From Utricularia gibba (lineage: Eukaryota > Plantae > Magnoliophyta), in the NCBI GenBank assembly GCA_002189035.1, contig NEEC01000018.1:1302001-1366000 (forward strand): a DNA stretch of 64,000 bases, read 5' to 3'. Both the position numbers and the translations under genes were made by a program. The notes under the pieces were generated by a model. That model had not been told where the DNA came from, searched no databases, and was given only the letters and a program-made list of their open reading frames with translations. Below, piece by piece: positions 24,775 through 37,141 of this stretch (positions are counted from its first letter, which is position 1; each line of letters begins with the position of its first letter).

Positions 24775-26713
24775 TCTCAAAAGTAGAAAATCCGACGAGG
24801 ATGATACGAACGGGTTGGGAGCGCCGGCACTCTAACGAGGAACTCTCCCTGCTCTGACCCCAAAATTCCTTGGCCCAAGTCTTATAAAGGGATGTCGGTC
24901 CATGGATCGATCCATTAGAAATATCAAACCAAAAAATATCAAAAAAAAAAAAATTACTTCAATTATAAATCCTAAAATAGCTGGACACCTCGCCGACCCG
25001 GCGACACCTAGACACGCATCGCAAAGCAATTAAATTCAAAATATATATAAATTTTCCAATTTAATTGCAATAATCGATAACTCAAATTCGAATTTTCTAA
25101 AATACTTATTGAAAACATTTTTTGAAACTAAGTTTATATTTAAAATGTATTTTAATATTATTATTTTGTTATCAAATATGAACAATTTTTACTTTAAAAA
25201 ATTTTAAAAATTTGTTAAGAAACGATAGAACTATATCAAATAAAACTTAAGACTGTGTAAGTTACTTTTCTTAAAAAAATCAAATTTTTAAGAAGTTTAT
25301 TTTAATAAAATATAATTTGATTTATTGTAATTTTTAAAATATAAATAATTTTTATTTAATAATAAAATTGATCATGATTCGTTTTTATGAGTTACAATGT
25401 AATAATATTGTAAAAAACCCTAAATATCACCTAACGTGGAATAAATTTGACTCTTTCTGATACCTTCACCGATATCATCTGTTTCTCCAATCCATATAAA
25501 CCTAAACCCTAAAACTTAAATGGGGCTATTTTTGAAAATTAATCATACTAACTTTATTTCTTATATATTAAGATCAATTTTTTATAATGCTATGATCATT
25601 TTTATCATACCCTAAAGAGTAGGTGGTTACTTTTCTAATACACACTAAAACTACTACCTCTATTGTTCATTTTCTATTATTTTTTAAAAATATTAAAATA
25701 AGAGAATTATCATTTTATGAGAGCTACAAGTCAACAACGGGGGAAAAGGGAATATGGTAAAATATCTCTTGTTTGACTCAATCTGACGCCGTTAGCTTCG
25801 ACCCAAGGGGCGGGGGCCTCCACGCTGTTTAAAGTGAACGCCGTCAAACAAAAGCGGTCTCTCCGTTACCCCCCTTGGCCTCGCTGATAGAAAGTCACCG
25901 GCGTAGCCTTCTCTTCTCTCTTCATACGCAAAGCGATTAGTTTATGGTTTTCTTTTCCTCAGCTGTCACTGACACTCGTCTATTTCTTCTCCTCCTGTCT
26001 CTGGTTGGTGAGAGGCTTGCGCGTCGGTACGATTGCGTAAGCACCTTTTTGTGAATTTTTGGGATTTGTTTACTTTTTGGCCGATTTTTTCTGGTGTATA
26101 TTTTTATTTTGATCTGTTTTGGAAGAAGATCGGTAGCGTTTGGATTTTGGATTGTACTGGTAATTACTAAAAATGAATTTGAATCTGTTTTTCAGTTACG
26201 CAGGCCTGAGTTTCGGATCTCTACTGTGTCTGAACCGTCTGTTTCAAGGGTTTAACCGGTCTATTCCCGTAATAAGGGATTGAAATTGGGGTTAGTATTT
26301 TTTTTCCGATAACGACGGTTTGTTTTATCATGGTTATTGTTTGGAGAAAAGCCAATTTTGAGATATGGAAGGTGTTGATGATGAAGAAGTTATTGTTTCT
26401 TGTTTATCTTGAAAATGCATTATTGATTCTGAGTATGTATACTGTAGGATTGTATTTATTTTTCCTGTTAGTTTTGTGAAGTTCTCGTCCTGTGTTTTGG
26501 TTTGTAATTTATTGGCCATTCCAATTGGAGCTGTTGAAAATGGAGGCATACATCATTTGGCTGCATGAAACGACAATAGCTCTGTCAAATTTCATGGAGA
26601 TTACACTTTCTGCTTAGACCTTGTGATTGTTTCGTATGTTGCCGCGATTTTTTGATTGTGGGTTGGTTTATGGTATAATTTCAGATAACTCTGCGAGTAT
26701 TTATGTCCACTGA

Positions 26714-28205
26714 ATGGGGGCTGCTTGTTGTGTCGCTGCTAAAGACCCGACTATAATCCGGGAATCGCCTGTTGCAGCCGTCCAGAGGCATCCCAACTAT
26801 TCACCTTCTTGGAGCTTTAGATGGGATAATCGTGGACGAGTGGTCGGAGAAGAAACAACTGTAGACTGGTTACGCAATGAGAGTCGTGATGAGGATAGAA
26901 CGGAAGTTAAATCTGGTACCACCCTTCAAGCTACATTTGCATCAGCTGAAGGTAGTCCATTGGATAGCTTTCGATCACTCACGTGGCTAAAGTCGCCGGA
27001 TGAAGGCAATGAAAAAAGTTTAATGCTTCCATCTTCTGGTAAACTAGCATATGCCATTTCATTTCTCGCTTGGAGTTTTTCACTTAGATAAGACTTGGCT
27101 ATTTTTTTTTATCACTTGGAATGATGTTGATTTTGTTCATGTTCCATGCAGATCCAGTTACTTCACGTTATCATGGAAAGGTACTGGAGACTATGGATGA
27201 CGTTCAAAAACATGAATCCCCTCTCCTGAAATATTAGTTAATATTCTGATTTGGCTCCATTTGCAGGTCAGAGAGTCATTTGGGTCATCATCTGCCTCGT
27301 GCCCATCCCCTCCAGGCCCTTGTGTTTCATCCATGTCAGCATCCCCTTTGCCCTCCCAAGGTCCTTTTCAGCCTGCAAATGCAGCTCCATCAAGAGCGCA
27401 CGACCGTTCTCCTGCTCGCCCATTCTTGTACCAGGTACCCGGTAGTCGCAGTCTTGAGTATCAGCCACTGACATTCTCAATATCTGAAGAGCCCCCATCG
27501 TTTCCTCCGCAAGTGTGGGGCAATGAATTAACCAGGGGCTCCAATGGTGGATCTTCAGAAAGCTGGCCGATCCCTGCTTTCTCTGAGCACCTCACAAGTA
27601 CTCCGAGAGCAAGATGGTCCTTTGATAGCGGAACATCAAGCCTGAGTCATGAAAAAATCCACAGGAATAATGATCATAGCCATGGATCCTCTTTTGATTT
27701 CCAAACTTGTGGCATCTGCAGTAAGCTTCTAATCGAAAGGTCTTCATGGAGTTGGACCACCCAAAAAGTAATGGCCTCGAACGAAGTCACTGTGGTTTCA
27801 GTGCTGACTTGTGGGCACGTCTACCATGGGGAATGCCTCGAGTACATGACTCCTGAGATCAACAAGTATGACCCTCCTTGCCCCGTATGTACTTTTGGAG
27901 CGAAGAAAGCTGCTAAGATGTGGGAGAAGGCATTGAGAGCTGAGTTTGAGTCCATGGCTCTAAGAAGATCCAGAAAAAGTGTAGTCATCCGCAGTAGCAT
28001 CTCAACAGATCCTCTTAAAACCAGTGGGATGGATAGAAGAACAGCTCCTAAGATGACCAGATCAAGTTCAAGCTCCCAGAGCTCAACAGGAAAGCCGTTT
28101 CTTCGACGCCACTTCTCCGTTGGCCCCCAAACTGATAGATCTATGCCTAAGAGAGAATCAACTCCAAGGAAGAGTTTTTTCTGGGCAAAATTACCCAAGT
28201 ACTGA
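26714..28205 (+). CDS. RING-finger protein (MGAACC..WSFRWDNRGRV family), 3 coding exons
   Basis: Exons 26714-27039, 27151-27180 and 27269-28205. N-terminus MGAACCVAAK..SPSWSFRWDNRGRV; RING CGICSK..LTCGHVYHGECLE..PPCPVC; tail KPFLRRHFS. Confidence 0.9.
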
Positions 28206-28607
28206 TCATCCCCATTGACATTCGCATTCACTTGTAAGCTTCCCCTTCCATCTCTTTCGTTACAGTACAGTCACCAAATGGAGCAGCATTTCAAAGTGGA
28301 CATGCTATCGTATATGTATCTGCTACTGCACACACATACTGTAAAGAACAACAGTTGAGGTTGATTTGTTGTCATCATATATACAGGGAACTGCTGGATT
28401 TGGACATAGAATGTTTAGTTGTTTGTTGTTTCTTGATTTGAGTTCATTCCCATCGTCTGTACAGCCTGCCCTGCATCTTTCTTCCTTTCTTCAAGCTTTG
28501 CCTTATGGAATATTCTAGCAGAAGGCTAACTTTCCTCCCTCTGAATTTGAACCCTCATCTTATCTCTCTCATTTGGTTGAAACTTGATGCCAATCCATGA
28601 CTCAAGG

Positions 28608-28725
28608 TGACGTTTATCGTATAGCGCCTGCGTGGCAGCCTGCGCTCACCACGCGTCGGTGTGCATGCAGAAGCTGGCGTTCCGTCTGCCACCGCCTTCA
28701 TTACCCCTACTTTTGCTTAAATAGT
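28608..28725 (+). promoter_or_regulatory. Dehydrin proximal promoter with ABA, cold and seed motifs
   Basis: GACGT near 28609, GCGTGGC about 28630, CACGCG (CE3-like) 28650-28655, GTCGGT (DRE/CRT, reverse ACCGAC) 28655-28660, RY CATGCA 28664-28669, TTAAATA about 28717. Confidence 0.55.
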
Positions 28726-28761
28726 TCCCCCATTGCACCATTTGTTGATCCGTAGAGAGTG

Positions 28762-29256
28762 ATGGCGGAGCTGAGAGATGAGCATGGCAACCCGGTCCAG
28801 TTAACGGACCAGTTCGGTAACCCGGTTCAACTGACCGATGAGTACGGCAACCCCGTTCACCTCAAAGGTGTCGCCACCCCGGAGCACGCCCGGGAACAGC
28901 TTCAGCGCTCCGGCTCCAGTTCCTCAAGCTCGGTGGGTTTGGGTTTAGTCCCATGAAGTTGATCCCTTTTCTCTTTGTTTGGCAGTGGGCTGATTTTCTT
29001 GTTTGTATCCTGATGAAAAATGCAGTCGGAGGATGACGGGCAGGGTGGGAGAAGAAAGAAGGGGTTGAAGGAGAAGGTGAAGGAAGCCATCGGCGGAGGA
29101 AAGCATCAGGAGAAGGAGATTGCGCCGGAAACGGCGATGACTACGATGGCTGAGGAAAAAACGCCCACTGACGCCGGCGGGGCGCCGGAGCAAGAGAAGA
29201 AGGGCATCATGGAGAAGATCAAAGAGAAGCTACCCGGCCACCACCGCCAACACTGA
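28762..29256 (+). CDS. Dehydrin, Y3SK2 type
   Basis: Three Y-segments (DEHGNP, DQFGNP, DEYGNP), an S-segment split by intron 28933-29025, and K-segments [14 protein letters not shown] and [15 protein letters not shown]. Confidence 0.96.
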
Positions 29257-29920
29257 ATAGTAGTTATCTGAATGGTGTATGATGTGTGTGTTATGCTGGA
29301 ATTTAGTCGTTGTTTCAGCACGTTCAAACGTTCCCTAGCCATTCTCTTTGAAATTTGAAATTGCATCAATGCCCTTAAGCCAAGCACACTCGCGCCGCTT
29401 GGCACAGTATAAAAAGGCGATGATCGCTCCGCAGTCGTGAGACTCTGTTTTCCTGTTTTTAGTTCAGGTCGGATATGTTTTTCTGACGTCTCCTTGGACG
29501 CTGAAGATTTCGCTCTGGTTCTTCCGGCGACGGTTTTGATCGGATATGTATGATTTCTCTCCAATCCTCGGTTGAAACTAAGGGCCTGGCTGCTGAACGG
29601 TGGAAACCTGAAATCGGTTGGTTTGTTTATGTCGTAACCGTCTTCCGCGCCGTAGGTCAGAACAGCTTCGCCTTCGTCGATGAGGAGAAGAATGCGTTAT
29701 GGCCACTTGGTTCAATTTTGTAAGTGATTAGCCGCTTAGGTTACGTCTATAATGACCAGGTACCGTGTGCGTCGCCGATCTGGGCGGCGATTGTGAGCTT
29801 TGGTTGGATCCTGTTATCCTTTCAGACGGAATGCATATTATCGTGTTCGATTTGATCGGCGCTTCTGTCGTATGTGCGGAGTACGAATGATGCTTAATCG
29901 ATAAAAGGAAGTTATTTCTC

Positions 29921-30069
29921 GGTATTCCTTTGCCTTCCATATTTGTTCCTCGCTCGATTCCATAGCTGAGCTTATCCCCTGAATCATGTTGCTTATTGTT
30001 AGGTATTCCTTTGTCTTCTATGTTGATTGTTGACTCTACTTCATAGCTTAGTTTATCCCCTGAATCATG
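29921..30069. repeat. 81-bp tandem duplication (about 1.8 copies) inside minus-strand ORF 29728-30078
   Basis: GGTATTCCTTTG occurs at 29921 and 30002; TATCCCCTGAATCATG occurs at 29973 and 30054. Confidence 0.85.
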
Positions 30070-30503
30070 GATGCTCATAAGTTGTTACAACCGGTTCTCC
30101 CTCATTCCGAGGAATTTCATCCTTGGGTTCTCTTTTACAATGATCAAATTCAATTCCTGCGAGTCCGATGTGTTTCTGTTGATACTGGAATTCCACAGAC
30201 GATGATAATAAGTGTAATTGGTGGCTTTCATGTGCTTTTTCTTGCTGACAAACGGATCATCAACATGGAAACATTTCTTGGCACTCAGGAGGTTCTCTGT
30301 TCTATACCATTACCTTTCTCTTAATACAGTTTCAGCAGCGGCCATGCCTAGAAGAATCCACCGGCCTCCCCAGGTACCATTCAAATATATGCGATAAAAC
30401 TCCAGTACTCAATTTTTTCATAGAAAATAATTTAATTCAATTCGGAATTAAATCAAAAAATACGTTTCGTTTAAAAACGAGGAATACGCCCACCCTGCTC
30501 CTA

Positions 30504-32521
30504 TCATGTGATAGAAGGGAGAGGGGAAGCTAGATTTCCAGAATCCATGGAATCAAATTCTGCTGCTTCGGCAGCCATGCCTGAAGCTGCAGGGTTAACT
30601 ACATTGTTATCTCTCAGGTGAAGGAATCCGTGGCCAGTTCCATCCAGAATGCTCGTGGGACGAAGTTCACCCTGCTGTAGCCCCAGTGTGAGTGAGATTT
30701 CGTTGATATTGCGACATCTTTTCGGTATCTGAAACTCCACCAACGATGTCAATCCACCGTTATCACCGCTATTTGATTCCGGTAGGGGATTTGTACTTGT
30801 TCCGATCGAAGCTACGGTAGACTCTGGCTGCAGGGAAGTGGAAGTTGTATGGTTTGATAGATTTTCGAATTTGTCTGCGGTTGAATTTGTGGCTGATTTT
30901 CCAGGTGTTTGTGAGGCTTCAGATGAAGAGTTCGAGTCGATGTCAACATCTCCCAGTTCTTCTTTGTACATTTCTTCGATCATTGGCTTCCAAAGGCGAA
31001 CGCGAGCATTTATGAACCAGTTTGAAACCTGAACTCAGCCACAGATTGATCAGCAAAATCCAACTAGTAGGTATGTTATACAAATATTCTTCAGTAACCT
31101 GGCATCTTGTCAATCCAGTTTGTCTTGCTAGCATGATCTTATCAGAATCTTTAGGATAACTGCAGAACGAAGGAAATATCTATCACATCTCTGAAGTTTT
31201 TACTCTTGGTAACTGAAGTAGTTATGTGGGCTTACGGATTGAGGAAGTGCTCAAAGAGCCAAGCTCGCAAGATCGAGACAGAAGTCTCGGGGAGCCCTCT
31301 TTGAGGCCTCCAAGCTTGCTGGTGCATGAGACCAAGCTGCTGAAGCACCCTTTGCTGCCTCATGTTCCGGTCAACGTATCGAAGGCGGGATATTCCGATC
31401 ACCTTTTCGGTTGAAGATGCATCCTCCCCGAGGCTTCTTCTCGCCACATGAATCTGCCTGTTTATTGCATCACGAAGAGAGCGGAAGTGGCGGGATATTG
31501 TCTGAAGAGCAAGGGATGTGTATGGCTTCGCCGCACCGGAGCCTGCTGTTGAATCGAAGGAAGACACAATCATCTGCATCTGGTGAGAGTATTGTCTATA
31601 TCTCCTGTCAACCTGCCGTATGATACAAAAAAACCAAGATAAGCTCACTAGATTTCCCTTTACATTATCAAGAGTTGTATGTGTACTTACATCATCCAAC
31701 AATACCAAAAGTTGGGTTAATCTGCTGTGTAGTTCTTGTTTTTCAGAACCAGAGAGCTGGATCGTTGAACTTCCACCAGCCTTGGGAGAAAAAGAAGAAG
31801 CCATGGCAGAAGGATCAGATGAAGCGGTTTCAGGTTCCCCATCACCTTCCTTTGCGGTTGTTCTTAGCTCTTTCTTGTAGTTTCTATCCTTGATGTCTCT
31901 CTTCACGTTCACCACTTCATCAAGCAACTGCTGTGCTGCTTTCAGGTACTTGGAACTAGAAACCGCACTCGCAATATTCATCATTTCATAAATAGGAACA
32001 ACATCACTCCCTGTGTTTGCAACACTAGAAAACTGCTTATTCTGAACATCATCTTCTGCTTCTATGGGTGTACTTTTGCCACCATCTTCATCTCTCACCA
32101 ATGCACCCAAGCCCAATACTGAGGCTACATTTGGGTTGTCCTTCCGGTAACGGACGCCGGGGAATTGCATGACAGGTGGCGTGTGAGGTCCCAGTGTCAG
32201 GGACAGTCCCTGAAGAACACCAGAAGCAGCTCCCCAAGTACTCAAATGGCTTTGCTCAGCGCCTGAGCCTTCAAAGTTGAGCAAAAATTCTTGGTGACAT
32301 ATATTTGAATCTGAGTGCAGGTTGATGCAGCTGGCTTGGCTCTGGGAATTCTCCGGTAAACCTCCGGCGTACGGCCCAGATGTCGAGGGGCAGTTCATGT
32401 ATGCTACAACATCTGATGGACGAAGAGGTGTCTCTGACTGAGAATTCGGTAAGCTTTCCCTCAAGTAAACCAGTGTTTCAGCCTCTGTTTGATTGCTCGG
32501 CATTGGAAAAAATGCATCCAT
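30504..32521 (-). CDS. BEL1-like TALE homeodomain protein (BLH6/7-like), 4 exons
   Basis: Exons 32521-31691, 31612-31236, 31158-31098 and 31029-30504. Contains the SKY box ([18 protein letters not shown]), BELL domain ([39 protein letters not shown]), homeodomain ([62 protein letters not shown]) and an ISLTLGL box. Confidence 0.95.
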
Positions 32522-35500
32522 TCTGTCTTCTCCTCCACCCCTCAAAACTCTTCCTTCAATAACCTGTCACATCGTTACCACACAGGACATGAAAGGCCAT
32601 GCGATTGTTACATAGGAGAAAGAAACCAGACACAACTACACAGGAGACTTCAAAACCAGAAGCTCAGCAAGAGTTGAAACATTAGGTAATTCACCTTTCT
32701 TGACAGTCTTGAGATCGAACAAGGAAATCCCACACCCCAAAAACCATAACAAAAGAAGTACTAGTCCTCACTTTTTCACCTACTTCCCAGAATCAACAAG
32801 TAAAATGAAAAGAGGGACAGGAAAGAGATGAAGAAGGGAAAGAGAGGAGCAATAAATATGCAGAAAGAATCACCAAGAAAGAAGGCTTGCCTTGCCTCTT
32901 TGTTTTCCTTTTTTCTGCCTAGTAGTGTGGAGAGAGGAGAGAGTAGAGCCACAGTTTTTCAAAGCGTTGTACAGAAGAAGCTTGTAGCTCCTTTACTCCT
33001 CCTTTACATTTTTAAATGATATGCTTTACTGATCATATTCCTACTTTTACCCATTCCCTTTCCCTCTTCAGACTCCCACACTCCCCCTCCCCCTCCCCTC
33101 ATTTATCAAATTATACATTCTGAATTTTTATAGGTGATTTTGAAAAATATTCCCTATCAAATGATTCTGTAAGAAAACTATACACCTCATGTGTATTTTT
33201 TTGTGCATAGTATGTATGAAATAAATGAAAGACGGGTAATTCTATAAATAATTCAAATTTTTATTTCATATAATACGATCAAAAATTTATATATACAATA
33301 ACCATTTTTCTCGTACAATCAACATACATTTTCAACATTTTTGTAATACAACTCTCATCCCCTTCCCACCCTTCCAGATTCATCTAACCTTTCGATACTA
33401 CAATAAAAATTTATACATATAATTATCATTTTTCTCACACAATTAAAATATTGTATCTACTATTGTCATGACAAGCCACCATTTGTCAATGTGCTCCAGT
33501 TCTTGGGATGTTATCAGCTTCTGGTGTTGCCTGGGGGTATTATGATTGCGTGAGTCAGTTAGCTGAGCTCTCTACTGGTCCTTGGTTATGCAGTGCCGTC
33601 TCTAACCACCAGTTGGTGGACCTAAGCCTTCCCCTAATATTCACCACCCCCACTCTATTTATTTATGTTTTTTTAGGGTTTTTCTTTGACAAACCAGGGT
33701 TTTAAAATCCCATTCAATTCAAATCTATATTTTTTTGGATTTAATTAATAAATATTAAATTCAGACATTTATTTTTATTTTTGTGATTAATTGAACGGGG
33801 TCCATTCTATTGTAAAAATAATTCAACCCAAAATCATGATAAATCGAAAAATGTGTTGAATTTGGTTTCACAACACTGATGAACTCAAAAATGTAAGTGT
33901 ATGGTATTAATTTCCGTACATCATCATTATTTTTTTAACATTAAAATGGAAAATAAAAATGGAGAGGTAAGCCCATTGCCTACCGTCTACTAATATCTAT
34001 CTCATGTTTCTAATAAATTATGGGATTAGACTCGAGAGAGGTCCCGTCTCCCTCAATAACTAATTTCTTCTTAAAATCGATCCATTAATCAATATTTAAA
34101 ATTAGATCAATAATCATTTGGTCCAGTTGCATTTTTTTTCATTGATATTAATTTCGTTTTAATTTTAATAACTCATATATTTAATAACCAATCTATTAAA
34201 TTGCCTAAAAGATTGAAATTTAAATTTTGGATTCACGTTTTGATTGTTACAAATGTTATATGTCATACGATATTATCTATTTCGAACACCTAATTCTTAT
34301 AATCTTATATTTTTTACATATAGAAAAAATAGATCGCACAAAATTAAGAAAATTCTTCTATTTAAACATATTAATTCTCTCATTTATAACCAATGCAGTA
34401 TGTTTGAAATTCAAATTTGGGTTTTGATTGTTTCAAAAACTGTATTTCTTAGGTTTCTTCTGTTTGATTGATAAAAAACAACCAACCAATAAATCATTGT
34501 GAGTTTACTATCTTTAGATTATAAGCATGATTAATTCATAACAAGATATGAATTAATGTTATATAAAAACAATACATATCTTGATTGTTTAAACTCAAAT
34601 TCGATTAGTTTCAATCCAAATCGACGAAAAGATCGGTTCGATTTCGAAATCTGATTTTAAAACATGGTTTTCATGCATTTTCATCCAATCTACCTCAAGA
34701 GGGAGTACTCGAATATTCAAAAACCGGGGTGATGAATAACGATACACATGATACATGAAAATGATGTGCTACTTCAAAAAAAGAAAAAAGAAAAGGGTTG
34801 TAAATTTGGGTTGTATTGAATATTGCAGGGGGGCAGAGACGTGTGGCGGAGTCCACTGTACAGCGCATAATTATTGGTGGAGGGGAATACGAATCTTAAG
34901 CCACTGCTGCCGACTGCTCCAATCGGAAGAAATCATTTGGCTGGACCATTGCACCTTGATGCATGCGATGCATTTACTCCAATATGTTCCCCCTCTTAAA
35001 AAGGAATATATTCTTAGAAAAATATTATAAATCTTTTACTATTTTTACAATAACGATTATTAGTAGTTGATAACATAATGTTTTTTTTAAAAACATAAGC
35101 GGTTTGGAAACTCAAACTATAGTGGCGTTTTGCAAAATTTTTAGAGTCTATTTCGATTTTTTTAAAAATTTATTTTAGAAAAATATAAATAATTGATAAA
35201 AATATAAATGAATTATAATTGTTTCAAAAACTATACTAGTTAAAAAGTAAAAATAAAATGAAAAAAATAGTCAAAATTAATATTTGTAATATAATTTTAA
35301 AATTATTTTTGTTATAATTAATTTTATAATTGATATTATTCTATAATAAAATTATTTTTATTTTTTAAAAAATAAAAATAGATTTCAAAATTTTTTCAAA
35401 ATATTACTTATATTTCAAACAATTTATACTTTTACAATCGTATTCTAAAAATAGTTTTTTTTATCCAACGTGAATAATTTTAGAAACCGACAGGGACCCG

Positions 35501-36071
35501 TTTGGAACCAGATGGAATCTGGGAAACTTGAATCCAATCATCAATATACGCATACGCATTATTTTTTTGGTAATTTATGCATGAGAAATAATGAGAGGGT
35601 TCCAATGAATTGGTCAAATTTAAAAACAAATGTTGGGGGCCCCCACAAGGGAAGGTATAGTTTGTACAGCAGGCTCCAGAGAGTAATAATCCTGTGTGTT
35701 TCTTAGTATCCTGGTCCCGCATCCCAGCTGCATGGCATGGCATGGCATGGATAGATTCTGTTTTCAAATGGCTGGAAGTTGAACAGAAGGGTGTTTGAAA
35801 TTGTCGCCCCTGCTCCTGGTACTGACAAGATGCACCCGGGCGGGGCGGCCCAGCCGTGACGCAACCGGCTTGGCTTTATTCCTCTCATCCCTCATTTACA
35901 TTTGAGTCAGAGATCCGAACCGCCGGCTCACCGGTCCAGCTCGTCTGGTCTATTTTTCAAATGATGTGGATTCATGGATCGAATGGACTGGATTATTCAC
36001 TATGTTTGGAATTCACAATATGTGATACTTCTAGGTATAGTAAATGTGTATCTATAGTAATTAAGTCTTAT

Positions 36072-36264
36072 AAGTCATGTTTGGTAACTAGTATAAACAT
36101 TATGATGCATAATATGTATTTAATAATTAATATAAATTTATCTTCATACATTTTTTTTATTATAAGCATATATTTCTTTGCATGTTACATCTCAAATTTA
36201 TCTTGATATCATAAATAAATTTATACCAATATAATATATAACGATATAGCTACCAAACACGCCC
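36072..36264. mobile_element. Tourist-like MITE of about 190 bp
   Basis: Left AGTCATGTTTGGTAACTAG and right TAGCTACCAAACACGCCC form an inverted repeat with a GTTTGGTA/TACCAAAC core. The interior is AT-rich. Confidence 0.6.
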
Positions 36265-37141
36265 GTAGTATCTTAAACTTAGGTCATTATTTTTTAATAG
36301 ATCGGATTATGGGTTAAATCTGTTTTGATCTATGAGTCGGATTCAAACCGGTCATGAGTTCAACCGCCGACGTGTGTGTTGTGCGCTGCTCGCTAAAGAA
36401 ACAGGGAGGAGAAACTGCAGTACAAACTACATGCAACGCCGCTAGCGGCGGCAGAGCAGATTCCTTCCCATGGTTTGCGTGGATGGGGTTCGTTCAAACA
36501 GTAGCGCCGCCGCCGGGATCAGAAGAAGCCGACATATCTTCTCCACTATCCCAAGCAACACCCATCCCGTCACAGGGTAGTTATGCACCCTCCGGGTGGG
36601 CAATGGCTGCCGTAGACGTCGCAGCAACTGATTTTCCACATCAGAGGAACCGGGAAGAGGAAGATCAGTCTTTTTATGCATTAAAACACTGCACAGGCGT
36701 ACCCAGGGAGAGTGAGTTTATTACAAATTTGAAAACCAGATTCGAAAAATATGTAATCAATCCCTTGTAAGAATCATCATTCAACATTAGGAATTATAGT
36801 ACACATCCATTTTGTATGCAGAGGGGGTTCATGTGACCACTGGCTGCATTCTGTGATGGTGGGTGGATCGATGGCCACTGCTCTTGAATGCACATTTGAA
36901 GCCAGAGGGGACGTCTGCTTTCGCTTACAGCATTTATCCACAGTTCTTTTTATAAGAAAAAATGCCTGTTTCTCAGTCCTATCAAGGCTCCAATGGAACT
37001 AGCAGTAACGTATGTATCATATGCAGGAGTCAATTCAATCAATTCTCAGGTATTCCATTCATCAATATGTATTAAAAGCTTCGAGAAATTTACACGTAGC
37101 ACAGACAGAGAGGGGATAAAAACATCACCTTGTCCGTGCTC

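Noticed and set aside
20900-30500. Searched for a CIF-type peptide (DY..PPFKLIPN), recalled as lying between bZIP11 and BLH6 in Arabidopsis
   Set aside because: No matching motif was seen by eye. The ELIP-stop at about 29967-29981 lacks the rest of the peptide; a tblastn is needed to call the gene absent.
30504-30560. BLH C-terminus ([14 protein letters not shown]) lacks the usual LLHDFV ending
   Set aside because: No alternative frame clearly restores the motif, so I cannot call a frameshift; it may be ordinary divergence.
33694-34667. Possible hAT element with CAGGGTTTTAAAA / TTTTAAAACATGG ends
   Set aside because: The TIRs are weak and the 8-bp flanks do not match.
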